From: Solirubrobacteraceae bacterium
GTDB lineage: Bacteria; Actinomycetota; Thermoleophilia; Solirubrobacterales; Solirubrobacteraceae
Assembly (NCBI GenBank): GCA_016463515.1
Contig: JAEMRF010000002.1
Coordinates: 15,081 to 79,080 of the forward strand
Length of the DNA: 64,000 nt
Direction of reading: 5' to 3'
The notes under the pieces were generated by a model. The model did not search any database. It was not told where the DNA came from and was given only the letters and a program-made list of their open reading frames with translations. A program made the position numbers and the translations under genes. This document shows, piece by piece, positions 27,106 through 36,315 of the stretch (the stretch's first letter is position 1; each line of letters starts with the position of its first letter).

Positions 27106-28357
27106 GACCATCCTTGACGAACTCGACGCCCGCGGGTTAGTTCACACGTGCACGAACCGTGACACGCTCGCCGAGCGCCTGCACGGGCCGCCAATGACGG
27201 TCTACTGCGGGTTCGATCCCACGGCGGACAGCCTGCACGTCGGGCACCTTTTGTCGCTCCAGGTTCTGCGCCTCTGGAAGCGTCGTGGTCACCGGGCGGT
27301 CGCACTAGTCGGCGGCTTCACAGGCATGGTCGGCGACCCGTCGGGCAAGAGCGAGGAGCGCAACCTGCTCGACGTCGAAACCCTCGATCGCAACCGTGAG
27401 GCGCTGACGGCTCAGATAGGCGCGCTTCTAAAGGACGGAGCCGAGCAGCCCCTGATCGTCGACAACCGCTCATGGTTCGAGGAGATGTCCGCGCTGGCGT
27501 TCCTCCGTGACGTCGGCAAGCTTGTTCCAGTCAGCGAGATGCTCGCGCGCGAGTCGGTCAAGTCACGGTTGGGGGGCGACGGCCTGAGCTTTACCGAGTT
27601 CAGCTACCAGCTCCTGCAGGCCCACGACTTCGCGCACCTGCGAGCGGAGATGGACTGCGAGGTGCAGCTGGGAGGCAGCGATCAGTACGGAAACATCACC
27701 GCTGGCACCGACATGATCCGTCGTCGGCAGCTCGGCCCAGCGTGGGGGCTGGTGTGGCCGCTTCTGACCAAGGCCGACGGAACCAAGTTCGGTAAGACCG
27801 ACAGCGGCGCAGTTTGGCTCGACCCCGAGCGCACGTCGCCGTTCGCCTTCCACCAGTTCTGGTTCAACAGCGCCGATGCCGACGTCGGCGACCTGCTCAG
27901 GAAGTTCACGCTCCTGACGGGGCCCGAGATCGACGACCTGCTCGCGCGCCACGAGGTCAGGCCGTCGGAGCGCCTGGCTCAGCGCGCTCTCGCAGATAAG
28001 GTGACCGCGTGGGTCCATGGCCAGGACGCCGTCGATGCCGCCGCGCGTCTAGCTGACGCCCTGTTCGCCGGCAACCTCGACACCGCGGGCGTTCGCCAGA
28101 TCGCTGGTGCGATCCCGACCGGCAAGTTCACGGCCGCGGACCTGGCCGAGTTGCGCACAGATCAGGTCGCGCATAGGACCGGACTGTTCAAGAGCGTGGG
28201 CGAGGCGAGGCGCACCGCCAGCGAAGGCGGGCTGTACGTCGGCGGCGCCCAGGCGACCGACCCCGGAGCGCCCATCGACGCCCCCGAGGGGTGGGTGGTT
28301 CTGCGGCGCGGCAAGCGCGCCCACGCACTGGTGATCGTTACGGAAACCGACGCATGA
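27095..28357 (+). CDS. tyrS: Tyrosyl-tRNA synthetase.
   Basis: YCGFDPTADSLHVGHL (HIGH motif), GGFTGMVGDPSGK, KFGKTDSG (KMSKS-type) and a C-terminal S4-like domain. The GTG start at 27095 has a GGAGAC RBS. Confidence 0.9.
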   Translation: MLPETILDELDARGLVHTCTNRDTLAERLHGPPMTVYCGFDPTADSLHVGHLLSLQVLRLWKRRGHRAVALVGGFTGMVGDPSGKSEERNLLDVETLDRNREALTAQIGALLKDGAEQPLIVDNRSWFEEMSALAFLRDVGKLVPVSEMLARESVKSRLGGDGLSFTEFSYQLLQAHDFAHLRAEMDCEVQLGGSDQYGNITAGTDMIRRRQLGPAWGLVWPLLTKADGTKFGKTDSGAVWLDPERTSPFAFHQFWFNSADADVGDLLRKFTLLTGPEIDDLLARHEVRPSERLAQRALADKVTAWVHGQDAVDAAARLADALFAGNLDTAGVRQIAGAIPTGKFTAADLAELRTDQVAHRTGLFKSVGEARRTASEGGLYVGGAQATDPGAPIDAPEGWVVLRRGKRAHALVIVTETDA

Positions 28358-29106
28358 TCCGCGCGTGCCGTCACGACGACGTTCCGGCCGTGGCAGGCCT
28401 CCTGAGCGAGATCTGGCGGGCCGAGGGTCCGTTCGCGCCGGTCAGCGTGCCGCTGCTGCATGCGCTCGTTCACACCGGGGCGTGCGTCCGGGTTGCGGAA
28501 AGCGATGACGGGACCCTCTCGGGGGTCGTCGTCGCCTTCGCCGCCACCGGCGACCCCCGGGTGCTGTACACGCACGTCCTGGGAGTCGCGCCACGCGCGC
28601 GCAGTGAGAGCCTCGGGACCGCACTCACCCGGGAGGTCCTGCACTGGGCGCACGCTGCCGGCTTCACGGCAGTTGAAGGAACCTTCGATCCTCTCGTGTC
28701 ACGGAACGCTCACCTCTACCTGAGCGTGCTTGGCGCCCAAGCGACGCGCTACGAGACCGACCTGTACGGCGAGATCGACGACGCGATCAATGGCGGCCAG
28801 AACACTGATCGGCTCCTCATCCGATGGGACCTTGACGACACCAGTCAGAAGTCGCCCACGCCGGATACACCGGTTCGCCCGATTGTTGGCGTCTCGCCTG
28901 ACGGAGAACCTACGATGCTTGACGTCCTGGATCCGGCCGTCGCAGTGGCTGTGCCCGACGACATCGAGCGAATCCGCATCGAATCTCCGCAACTTGCGCG
29001 ACGCTGGCGTGAGGTGACTCGCTGCGCACTCTCCCGCACGTCGACGCGCATCCTTGCCTTCGACCGCGAGCGCGGGTACCTCGTCACACGAGAGCGCTCG
29101 TCATGA
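28354..29106 (+). CDS. GNAT-type acetyltransferase-like protein.
   Basis: VLGVAPRARSESLGTALTREVLHWA is a Q/RxxGxG/A-like acetyl-CoA loop. The gene has ATGA overlaps with both tyrS and pheA. Confidence 0.7.
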   Translation: MIRACRHDDVPAVAGLLSEIWRAEGPFAPVSVPLLHALVHTGACVRVAESDDGTLSGVVVAFAATGDPRVLYTHVLGVAPRARSESLGTALTREVLHWAHAAGFTAVEGTFDPLVSRNAHLYLSVLGAQATRYETDLYGEIDDAINGGQNTDRLLIRWDLDDTSQKSPTPDTPVRPIVGVSPDGEPTMLDVLDPAVAVAVPDDIERIRIESPQLARRWREVTRCALSRTSTRILAFDRERGYLVTRERSS

Positions 29107-30005
29107 GTAAGGAGATCCACTACCTAGGCCCGTCGGGCACGTTCAGCGAACAGGCTGCAATAGCACTCGCGCCGCACGCAGTCACCGTGGCGGAAACCAA
29201 CCACCGCGCGGTGTTGGAGGCCGTCGATGCCGACACGACCCGCCTTGGGGTCGTTGCGATCGAAAACAGTCGCGCGGGACTCGTGCCCGGAAGCCTCAAC
29301 GGCCTCATCCACGACACCGCTCATTCCGTGATTCGAGCCGAGCACGTTCTCCCGGTGCGGTTCGCGCTCATGCGGCGCGCAGGTGACGACTCACCGTTGC
29401 GGGGCATCACGGCGCACAGCATGGCACTCGAACAGTGCTCGGAATACCTCGCTGTATCCGGGCTCGAGAAGCGTGCCGCCGACAGCAATGCGGCGGCTTG
29501 CGCGCAGGTCGGGGCCGGGGAGTTGCCTGGCTGGGCAGCGCTCGGACCGGCCCACGCCGCGGGCCGGTACGGCCTGGTTGTCGCCGAGGAGTCCGTAGGT
29601 GACGATCCCGACGCGGTCACGCGATTCGTGTTGCTGAGTCACACATGCCAGCCTCCGTCCGGTCGCGACCGCACGGCGCTCGCCGTCTGGCCATCCGTGA
29701 CCGAGGTAGGCAGCTTCGTGCGGATGATCCAGGAGTTCAACCTCCGCGGGATGAACATGAAGTCAATCAAGTCGATCCCAAGTCGCGGACTGCTCGGAAC
29801 TGACCTGTTCTTCGTAGAGTGCCCCGGGCACATCTACGACGACACAGTGCGCGGCGCGATCCGCGCGACCCTGGGGCAGGGCGTTCGCGTTCGGTTCCTG
29901 GGCTCGTTCCCCGAGGACGAGCGGCGCGACGCTGCCGCGAAGTTAGGCGCGACCGTGGATGACCCTCCCGAACTCGAAGCGATGCTCGCCCGCATCGACG
30001 GTTAG
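29103..30005 (+). CDS. pheA: Prephenate dehydratase.
   Basis: YLGPSGTFSEQAA, AIENSRAGLV, TRFVLL and a C-terminal ACT-like domain (SIPSR motif). Confidence 0.85.
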   Translation: MSKEIHYLGPSGTFSEQAAIALAPHAVTVAETNHRAVLEAVDADTTRLGVVAIENSRAGLVPGSLNGLIHDTAHSVIRAEHVLPVRFALMRRAGDDSPLRGITAHSMALEQCSEYLAVSGLEKRAADSNAAACAQVGAGELPGWAALGPAHAAGRYGLVVAEESVGDDPDAVTRFVLLSHTCQPPSGRDRTALAVWPSVTEVGSFVRMIQEFNLRGMNMKSIKSIPSRGLLGTDLFFVECPGHIYDDTVRGAIRATLGQGVRVRFLGSFPEDERRDAAAKLGATVDDPPELEAMLARIDG

Positions 30006-30111
30006 CGCCATTCACCTGGGGCTCGCTGGTCGCGTGTAGGCGACAACCTCTGTAGCGGAAGCCATCACCATCACCAGACCGGTAGCGACGCAGCGCGATA
30101 CGGTTACAGCT

Positions 30112-30399
30112 GTGGAAGACCTGACACAGACCTACCAGGAGATTCGCGGCGTGCCGATCGCCTCGCTGGCAGAGTTGCAGCGGTTCGCCTACGCGGTGCC
30201 TGAGGCCCTCGTTCCGCCTTCCGTGCTGACCCGGTTCACGGCGGGGGAGGAGGTGCCGCTGGAGGAGCTGTACGAGGCGGTGACCGTGAGCGGCCCCGCA
30301 ATCCTCGAGACGTCCGAGGAACAGTACGCGGGTCTGTCCGCGCTCAACGCCATCCGGAAGCGTCTTGAGGAGGCGTTTTCAGAGCTTTCGCCAGGCTGA
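30112..30399 (+). CDS. Small acidic hypothetical protein (95 aa).
   Basis: The ORF has a GTG start and coding-like composition, but no recognisable motif. Confidence 0.45.
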   Translation: MEDLTQTYQEIRGVPIASLAELQRFAYAVPEALVPPSVLTRFTAGEEVPLEELYEAVTVSGPAILETSEEQYAGLSALNAIRKRLEEAFSELSPG

Positions 30400-30408
30400 C
30401 CGCTGCGC

Positions 30409-31734
30409 TCAGCCCAGGGATGCGGCCAGTTCGCGGAAGTGGCTGCCGCGTTCCTGAAAGTCGGCGTGACTGTTGAAGCTCGGAGCGGCAGGCGAAAGCA
30501 GGACTACCGTGCCGGGCTCCGCGGCTGCGTGGGCGGCTGCGACGGCGGCCGGAAGGTCTCGCACGTTGGTCGCCTGCCCTCCAGCGGCGCGGACCGCGTC
30601 GGCAAGTCGCTCGCCGGTAACAGGCAACGCGAGTACGCGCGCGCCGGCCGCAGCGATCGCGGTGCCGAGCGCCGTGTAGTCCTGGCCGCGGTCAAATCCG
30701 CCGCCGATCAGGATCACCGGCTGGCCGGCGAACGAGGCGAGTGCGGCCGCAGCGGACTCAGGGGTCGTGGAGATGCTGTCGTCGACCCACTCCACCCCGC
30801 TGGCCAGATGCACGGTCTGCAAGCGGTGCGGCAGTCCGGCGAAATCCGCGAACGCCTGCGGGAACTTTGGCAGCGGAATCTCCAGCGCTTCGAGGGCGGT
30901 CAGCGCCCCGCAGACATTCAGAGCGTTGTGAGCGCCGCGCAGGGGCAACACGCCGCGCGGCAACTCCATCACGCCGTTGCGGGCGACGCTGCCGTCGTCC
31001 AGCACATGCCAGCCCGGTGGCTTTCCGTACGTGTGAACCGGGCCTGGTGCACGGGGCGCGGCCATGACCTCAGGCGAAAGCGCGTTGACCACGCAGCACT
31101 CAACGCCGGGGAGCGCGAGCAGCCGCAGCTTCTCGGCCATGTAAGCATCGTGCGTGAGGTGCCACTGAAGATGCTCGGGATACAGGTTGCTGGCCATCGC
31201 AACCTGCGGCCCACAGGCGAGATCGGCGATCTGGTAACTCGACAGCTCGACGACGGCAAGTTCGTTGTCGTTGCTATCGAACAGCTCCAGCGCGGGGCGC
31301 CCGATGTTGCCGGCTAGCTGCACGGGCCGACCGGTAGCGGCGATTAGGTGGGTGAGGAGTGAGGCTGTCGTGCTCTTGCCCTTGGTCGCGGTCAACCCGA
31401 GGACGTTGCGTCCACGGCGCTCGGCCAGCCATAGTCCGGTTGCGGTGGTGACGATGGTGCCTCGCGCGCGGATCGCCTGAAGCTCGTAGCGGTGCACCGA
31501 AACGCCAGGTGAGCGTACGACCACGTCGCAGTCGGCCGTCGCGGCAACGGCCTCATCGGCGCCGACGACTCGCGCTCCATCGGTCAGCTCGGGCGCGTCC
31601 GCAGCCGCCTCGAGCACCACCACCGTGATCCGCGCCGCGGGCAGGGCACTGCGGAGGATCGTGCCGAATGAGCGGGTCTCTACGCCAGCGCCCCAAACGC
31701 CGACGCGCAGCCCATCAAGCTCGGAGAAACGCAC
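30409..31734 (-). CDS. murD: UDP-N-acetylmuramoyl-L-alanine:glutamate ligase (MurD family).
   Basis: N-terminal GAGVETRSF Rossmann-like region, Mur-ligase P-loop GLTATKGKSTTASLL, and C-terminal GGFDRGQDY. The gene is not in a dcw context. Confidence 0.85.
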   Translation of the reverse strand: MRFSELDGLRVGVWGAGVETRSFGTILRSALPAARITVVVLEAAADAPELTDGARVVGADEAVAATADCDVVVRSPGVSVHRYELQAIRARGTIVTTATGLWLAERRGRNVLGLTATKGKSTTASLLTHLIAATGRPVQLAGNIGRPALELFDSNDNELAVVELSSYQIADLACGPQVAMASNLYPEHLQWHLTHDAYMAEKLRLLALPGVECCVVNALSPEVMAAPRAPGPVHTYGKPPGWHVLDDGSVARNGVMELPRGVLPLRGAHNALNVCGALTALEALEIPLPKFPQAFADFAGLPHRLQTVHLASGVEWVDDSISTTPESAAAALASFAGQPVILIGGGFDRGQDYTALGTAIAAAGARVLALPVTGERLADAVRAAGGQATNVRDLPAAVAAAHAAAEPGTVVLLSPAAPSFNSHADFQERGSHFRELAASLG

Positions 31735-33268
31735 GGAGCCCGTCCCTCAACGCGGTCGGCACGCGCTGGCCGTCGTCGAAAGTGAGGAACTCGTCGATCC
31801 GCGCGCGGCTGCGACCGGCTGGCTCGAGCACCTCGGCCACGAGGCGCCGAACGAGCGGCTGGTCGCGCCAGCCGGGAATGGCATCGAGCATCTCGATTGC
31901 CGCGAGGCTTTCCTCCTCCTCGCCGACACACTCGAAGGGCTTGGCGCCGCCGGTGGCGGTGAGCAGCGCAAAGCCCTCGTATTGCGCCTCGTCCTCCAGG
32001 AGTGCGCCGCCGAAGATCTCGGCCAGGGCGTCCGGCTGCATGAACGGTGCGAGCATCAAGAACACGAACCGGCACTTGGGGCAGTTGCGGCACCACGCTT
32101 CGCCGCCACGCTCGGCTGGGTCGATGTGGAAGTTGCGATTGCAGCTCGTGAAGGCGTGGTGGTATTGGTTCAAGTCGCGCGCGAACGTACGGGCGATCAG
32201 CAGTTCGGACGCTGGCCGCAGGAGCGAGAAAACATCGATATCGGTTAGTGCTTCCGCGGCCGCGGCGCGCAGCAGGTCCTCTGCACGGGCGCTCTTGCTG
32301 AACTGGTGGTTGACGACGATTCCGTCGTGCTGGAGGTTGCCGACCGAAGCGGAACGCTCGTTGGCGAGCGCGACCGCATCAAAGCCATTCAAGCTGGCAG
32401 TGAGCAGCGCGACGCAGGTCACGATCGCCGTGATCGGCACATGCCCGTTGAGCGCGCCGCTCGCGTTTAGGCGGCGGATGTCGTCGAGCGGCAGGCTCCG
32501 GCGGACCTCGAGCAGCGGCAGGCCTGCGACCTGGGCCGTGCGTCTCATCGGATCAAGCGCGTTGACGACGAACAGCGATAGGTCCAGACCGGTCCGGCGT
32601 ACCGTCTCCAGCGCCACGATGGAGTCCTTGCCGCCGCCGACGGGTACGAGCACACGCGTGGCTTCCTGTGGTGGCCGGGCAGCGGGGGCCCGGAGGATCG
32701 GTCCGCGCGCGAACCTCGGTCGCGGCAGATGCACGAGCCGCTCACGGTTCTCGTACGCGAACTCGCCGAGCCCCTCCGAATAGAGCGCCTCGAGCAGGGT
32801 GGCGGCTGCTGGCGGCGGGTCGCCGGTCTCACAGGCAACCTCGGGAGGCGCCGCCATCTTGAAGTAGCTGACGCCTGCGACCCAGTGCAGTAGGTCTAGC
32901 AGCGGTGCGACCGCGTCCTCGTCGGCGACGACGCCCGCGGGCAGGGGGATGTCGAAGGTCTCGGTGAATGCCTCTGCATCGTCGAGCGCGTAGTGCAGGC
33001 TGACGCGTCCTTCTGGGCTCAGCGACCGCGCGACAAAGTGCAGGCGGCGGATCGAGGCAGGGTCAAACGAGGACTTGGGGGAGGTGGTGCCAGCCGACGT
33101 CTGCACGGGGTTCAGGGTATTCGCTTCGGGGGCAGCACCGGTCTCGTATGCGCTCGGCGTTGCCGCCTTATCGCTGGGCTGGCCGCCTAACCACGCCCGT
33201 GCGCCGCGCGTGCCGCCCCTAGTGGAACCTTGCCGCCGGCGACGGCGGTACCGTTCGCGCGCGTGCAC
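31715..33268 (-). CDS. PP-loop (adenine-nucleotide alpha-hydrolase-like) protein with a Cys cluster. It is a possible MurL-type partner of MurD. The start is uncertain.
   Basis: The PP-loop is LVPVGGGKDS. CRNCPKCRF follows later. The gene overlaps the murD start by 20 nt. The N-terminal ~60 codons overlap the divergent dcm start and are probably not translated. Confidence 0.7.
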   Translation of the reverse strand: MHARERYRRRRRQGSTRGGTRGARAWLGGQPSDKAATPSAYETGAAPEANTLNPVQTSAGTTSPKSSFDPASIRRLHFVARSLSPEGRVSLHYALDDAEAFTETFDIPLPAGVVADEDAVAPLLDLLHWVAGVSYFKMAAPPEVACETGDPPPAAATLLEALYSEGLGEFAYENRERLVHLPRPRFARGPILRAPAARPPQEATRVLVPVGGGKDSIVALETVRRTGLDLSLFVVNALDPMRRTAQVAGLPLLEVRRSLPLDDIRRLNASGALNGHVPITAIVTCVALLTASLNGFDAVALANERSASVGNLQHDGIVVNHQFSKSARAEDLLRAAAAEALTDIDVFSLLRPASELLIARTFARDLNQYHHAFTSCNRNFHIDPAERGGEAWCRNCPKCRFVFLMLAPFMQPDALAEIFGGALLEDEAQYEGFALLTATGGAKPFECVGEEEESLAAIEMLDAIPGWRDQPLVRRLVAEVLEPAGRSRARIDEFLTFDDGQRVPTALRDGLRAFLRA

Positions 33269-34336
33269 ACGTATCGGCTAGTAGACCTGTTCGCGGGATG
33301 CGGCGCGATGAGTCGTGGATTCGCGGACAGCGGCCGATTCAAGCCCGTGTTCGCCGTCGAGTTCGAGCCACGAGCGGCCGCCACCTACGCAGCGAACTTC
33401 CCCGCGGCAACTCTCGTTCAGGACCCGATCCAGCAGGTCGAGTCCTTTCCGACGGCGGACGTCGTCATCGGCGGGCCACCGTGTCAGGGCTTCTCCACGC
33501 TCAACCGAGCCGGGGCGAACGTCGCGAGCCGCCGGCTCTGGCAGGAGTACGTCCGCGCGTTGAAGGCGATCCAGCCGGCGGCGTTCGTGATGGAGAACGT
33601 GCCCCAGATTCTCGACAGCGCGGAGTATGCGGCCTTTGTCGCGGCGATCGAGGGAGACGGCTTCTACACGCTTGACGCGCGCGTGCTGAACGTCGCCGAC
33701 TACGGCGTCCCTCAACGCCGCCTAAGGGCCTTCGTCATCGGGATCGACAAGCGCCTTGGCGGGGTCCCGTGGCCGGATCAGACGCACGCCGATCCCGACC
33801 TCAAAGACGAGCGCTACAAGCCGTGGAGGACGTTCAACCAGGCGGTCAAGCACCTGCCCAAGCAGCCCGACGGGCACAAGTGGCACCGTGACCGGAACGT
33901 GTGGCCCGAGAGCCTAGTCCGCTACCGGGCGGTTCCACCGGGCGGGAATCGGTTCGACATGGAACGAGAGCTCGATCGGCAGGGGAAGGGCGACCTTGTC
34001 CCCCCGTGCTGGCGCAAGCACCGGAAGGGGTCGTACGACGTCTTCGGTCGCTTGTGGGGGAATCGGCCAGCGACCACGATTCGTACCGAGTTTCACAAGC
34101 CCGAGAAGGGGCGCTATCTCCACCCGACCGAGGACCGGGCCATCACCGTGCGCGAAGCAGCGTCGCTCATGAGCTTTCCGAGCCATCACAAGCTTCCGGA
34201 AGACCAGCCGATGACGGCCATGGCGCGTCAGATCGGGAACGCCGTTCCACCGCTCATGGCGCGACGACTCGCTGAACCCATCGCGCAGGCGCTGGACGAA
34301 GCAGCTAGCGCGACTGCTCTTGAGCAAGTCGCATAG
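33230..34336 (+). CDS. dcm: DNA (cytosine-5)-methyltransferase.
   Basis: Motif I DLFAGCGAMSRGF, motif IV GGPPCQGFS, ENV, QRR, and C-terminal QIGNAVPP. An alternative GTG start is at 33263. Confidence 0.9.
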   Translation: MPPATAVPFARVHTYRLVDLFAGCGAMSRGFADSGRFKPVFAVEFEPRAAATYAANFPAATLVQDPIQQVESFPTADVVIGGPPCQGFSTLNRAGANVASRRLWQEYVRALKAIQPAAFVMENVPQILDSAEYAAFVAAIEGDGFYTLDARVLNVADYGVPQRRLRAFVIGIDKRLGGVPWPDQTHADPDLKDERYKPWRTFNQAVKHLPKQPDGHKWHRDRNVWPESLVRYRAVPPGGNRFDMERELDRQGKGDLVPPCWRKHRKGSYDVFGRLWGNRPATTIRTEFHKPEKGRYLHPTEDRAITVREAASLMSFPSHHKLPEDQPMTAMARQIGNAVPPLMARRLAEPIAQALDEAASATALEQVA

Positions 34337-34375
34337 TCGGTACCGCGCCGCGTGTGATGGCATGATCGGCATACC

Positions 34376-34816
34376 GTGCCGATCGCGCCGCCCTCCAGTG
34401 ACCACGCCACAGCGACCATGCGCGCCAATCGTGGTCGAGACACCGGACCGGAAGTGGCGCTGCGGTCGGCGTTGCACGCTCGAGGCTTGCGCTTCCGCAA
34501 GAATCATCGACTGGACATCGCCGACGGTCATCGCGTGCGCCCGGATGTTGTCTTTCCGAAGGTGCGGCTGGCGGTTTTCGTCGACGGCTGCTTTTGGCAC
34601 GGCTGCCAGGAGCACCGCTCGTTGCCGCGATCCAACGCGTCGTTCTGGAAGAACAAGATCGAAGGCACCCGTGAGCGAGACCGTCAGCAGATTGCCTGGC
34701 TCGAGGCAGCCGGTTGGACCGTGATCCGGGTCTGGGAGCACGATCTCCCTGAACCCGCTGTCCAGAGGATTGTGGAGCTCGTCGACGCGCTGCGCAATCC
34801 CACGCCGGAGACATGA
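34376..34816 (+). CDS. vsr: Very-short-patch repair endonuclease.
   Basis: RGRDTGPEVALRSALHARGLRFR, RPDVVFPKVRLAVFVDGCFWHGC, NASFWKNKI and IRVWEHD. Confidence 0.9.
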   Translation: MPIAPPSSDHATATMRANRGRDTGPEVALRSALHARGLRFRKNHRLDIADGHRVRPDVVFPKVRLAVFVDGCFWHGCQEHRSLPRSNASFWKNKIEGTRERDRQQIAWLEAAGWTVIRVWEHDLPEPAVQRIVELVDALRNPTPET

Positions 34817-36315
34817 CTCAGCGTTCAGATACAAGCGAGTCGATCCCGACCACCGGCTCGGTCCAGCTCGTGCCGGATCCTCGGTCCCTTGAGGCACTCG
34901 GTCGCAACCACACGCTGGAAGCAGCGCTGGCCGAGCTGGTTGACAACTCAATCGACGCCGGTGCCAAGCACGTCCTGATTCGCTTCGTTCGCGACGGCGA
35001 GCGACTGGTCCGTTTGCTGGTTGTCGACGACGGGTCAGGCATGGCCGACGAGCGAATCGACATCGCCATGACCGTAGGCGGCGCCCGCAGCTACGACGAC
35101 GGCGAGATCGGCCGCTTCGGACTCGGTCTCAAGGCCGCATCGTTCAGCCAGGCACGCAGTGTGACCGTCGTCTCCGCCGCTGCCAACGCAGACGCCGTGG
35201 GGCGGCAGTGGCATCTGACGAAGGCCAAGCAGGACTATCGCTGCGACATCGTCGACCCGGCGTTCGCTCACGCCCTGCTCGCGCATGATTGGGGATTCCC
35301 CGAGTCACCGACCGGGACGCTCGTTCGCTGGGACGACGTCAAGGGCTTTCCGACGGTGGCCAGTCCCACGGCGGTAGAGCGTTTTCTGCAGTCCGCATTC
35401 GCCAAGATCCGCGCCCATCTCGGCCTGATCTTTCACCGCATCCTCACCAGGGGCGACGTGCGTCTCTTGATCGACGTTGAGGACGCCGGGGACATCGTCT
35501 TGCGTACCGAAGTACCGGCGCTCGATCCCTTCGGATACCACCGCACCGGAGCCGCCGGGTGGCCCAAGCGCATCCAGGTCGGTCGCGGCAAGCGCAAGCT
35601 GCTGCTCGACTGCCACATCTGGCCCGGACGCTCCAACGCCGACGAGTTCCGCCTCGACGGCAACCTGATCGAGCGCCAAGGGCTCTACATCTACTACAAC
35701 GACCGTTTGATCCAGCGCGGTGGCTGGAACGGGCTCTGCCACGCCGACAAGCAGCTCAACCTTGCGCGGGTCGCTCTCGACATTGACGGCGATGTGGAGC
35801 AGGTGCTGTCCCTCAAGCCCGAAAAGAACGGCGTGGAAGTCGGCCCGGCCTTTGGGCCATCGATCGTTGCGGCCGCGTCCTCAGACGGCACGACGTTCAA
35901 CGACTATCTCGACCACGCGCGCGGGACCTTCAAGGAAGCCAACAAGCGACGGCGGACTCGACAGCCCGTACTCCCTCCGGGCAAGGGATTTGCCCCGAAG
36001 CTCCGGCGGTCGATCGGCCGAGAGCTGCCACTCAAGAACGAGGATCCCATCGAGGTGCGCTGGAAGCGCCTCCCCGGTGCGGACTTTTTCGACATCGACC
36101 GCGACGAACGGATCCTTTGGCTCAACAAGCGCTACCGCAAGGCCCTGGCCGGTGACCGTCGTGGCGGGCTCAACGATCTGCCGTTGATCAAGGCGCTGTT
36201 GTTTCTCCTGACCGAGAACATCTTTGCCGGCCAGAACATGGGGCCACGCGACAAGGACAACATTGAGGTCTGGCAGGCCATCCTGACGGCCGCCGCGCGC
36301 GAGGAGGCCGAGTGA
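34813..36315 (+). CDS. GHKL (HATPase_c_3/MORC-like) ATPase.
   Basis: Bergerat-fold motifs ELVDNSIDAGA, DDGSGM and GRFGLGLKAASFS. The start overlaps the vsr stop as ATGA. Confidence 0.85.
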   Translation: MTQRSDTSESIPTTGSVQLVPDPRSLEALGRNHTLEAALAELVDNSIDAGAKHVLIRFVRDGERLVRLLVVDDGSGMADERIDIAMTVGGARSYDDGEIGRFGLGLKAASFSQARSVTVVSAAANADAVGRQWHLTKAKQDYRCDIVDPAFAHALLAHDWGFPESPTGTLVRWDDVKGFPTVASPTAVERFLQSAFAKIRAHLGLIFHRILTRGDVRLLIDVEDAGDIVLRTEVPALDPFGYHRTGAAGWPKRIQVGRGKRKLLLDCHIWPGRSNADEFRLDGNLIERQGLYIYYNDRLIQRGGWNGLCHADKQLNLARVALDIDGDVEQVLSLKPEKNGVEVGPAFGPSIVAAASSDGTTFNDYLDHARGTFKEANKRRRTRQPVLPPGKGFAPKLRRSIGRELPLKNEDPIEVRWKRLPGADFFDIDRDERILWLNKRYRKALAGDRRGGLNDLPLIKALLFLLTENIFAGQNMGPRDKDNIEVWQAILTAAAREEAE

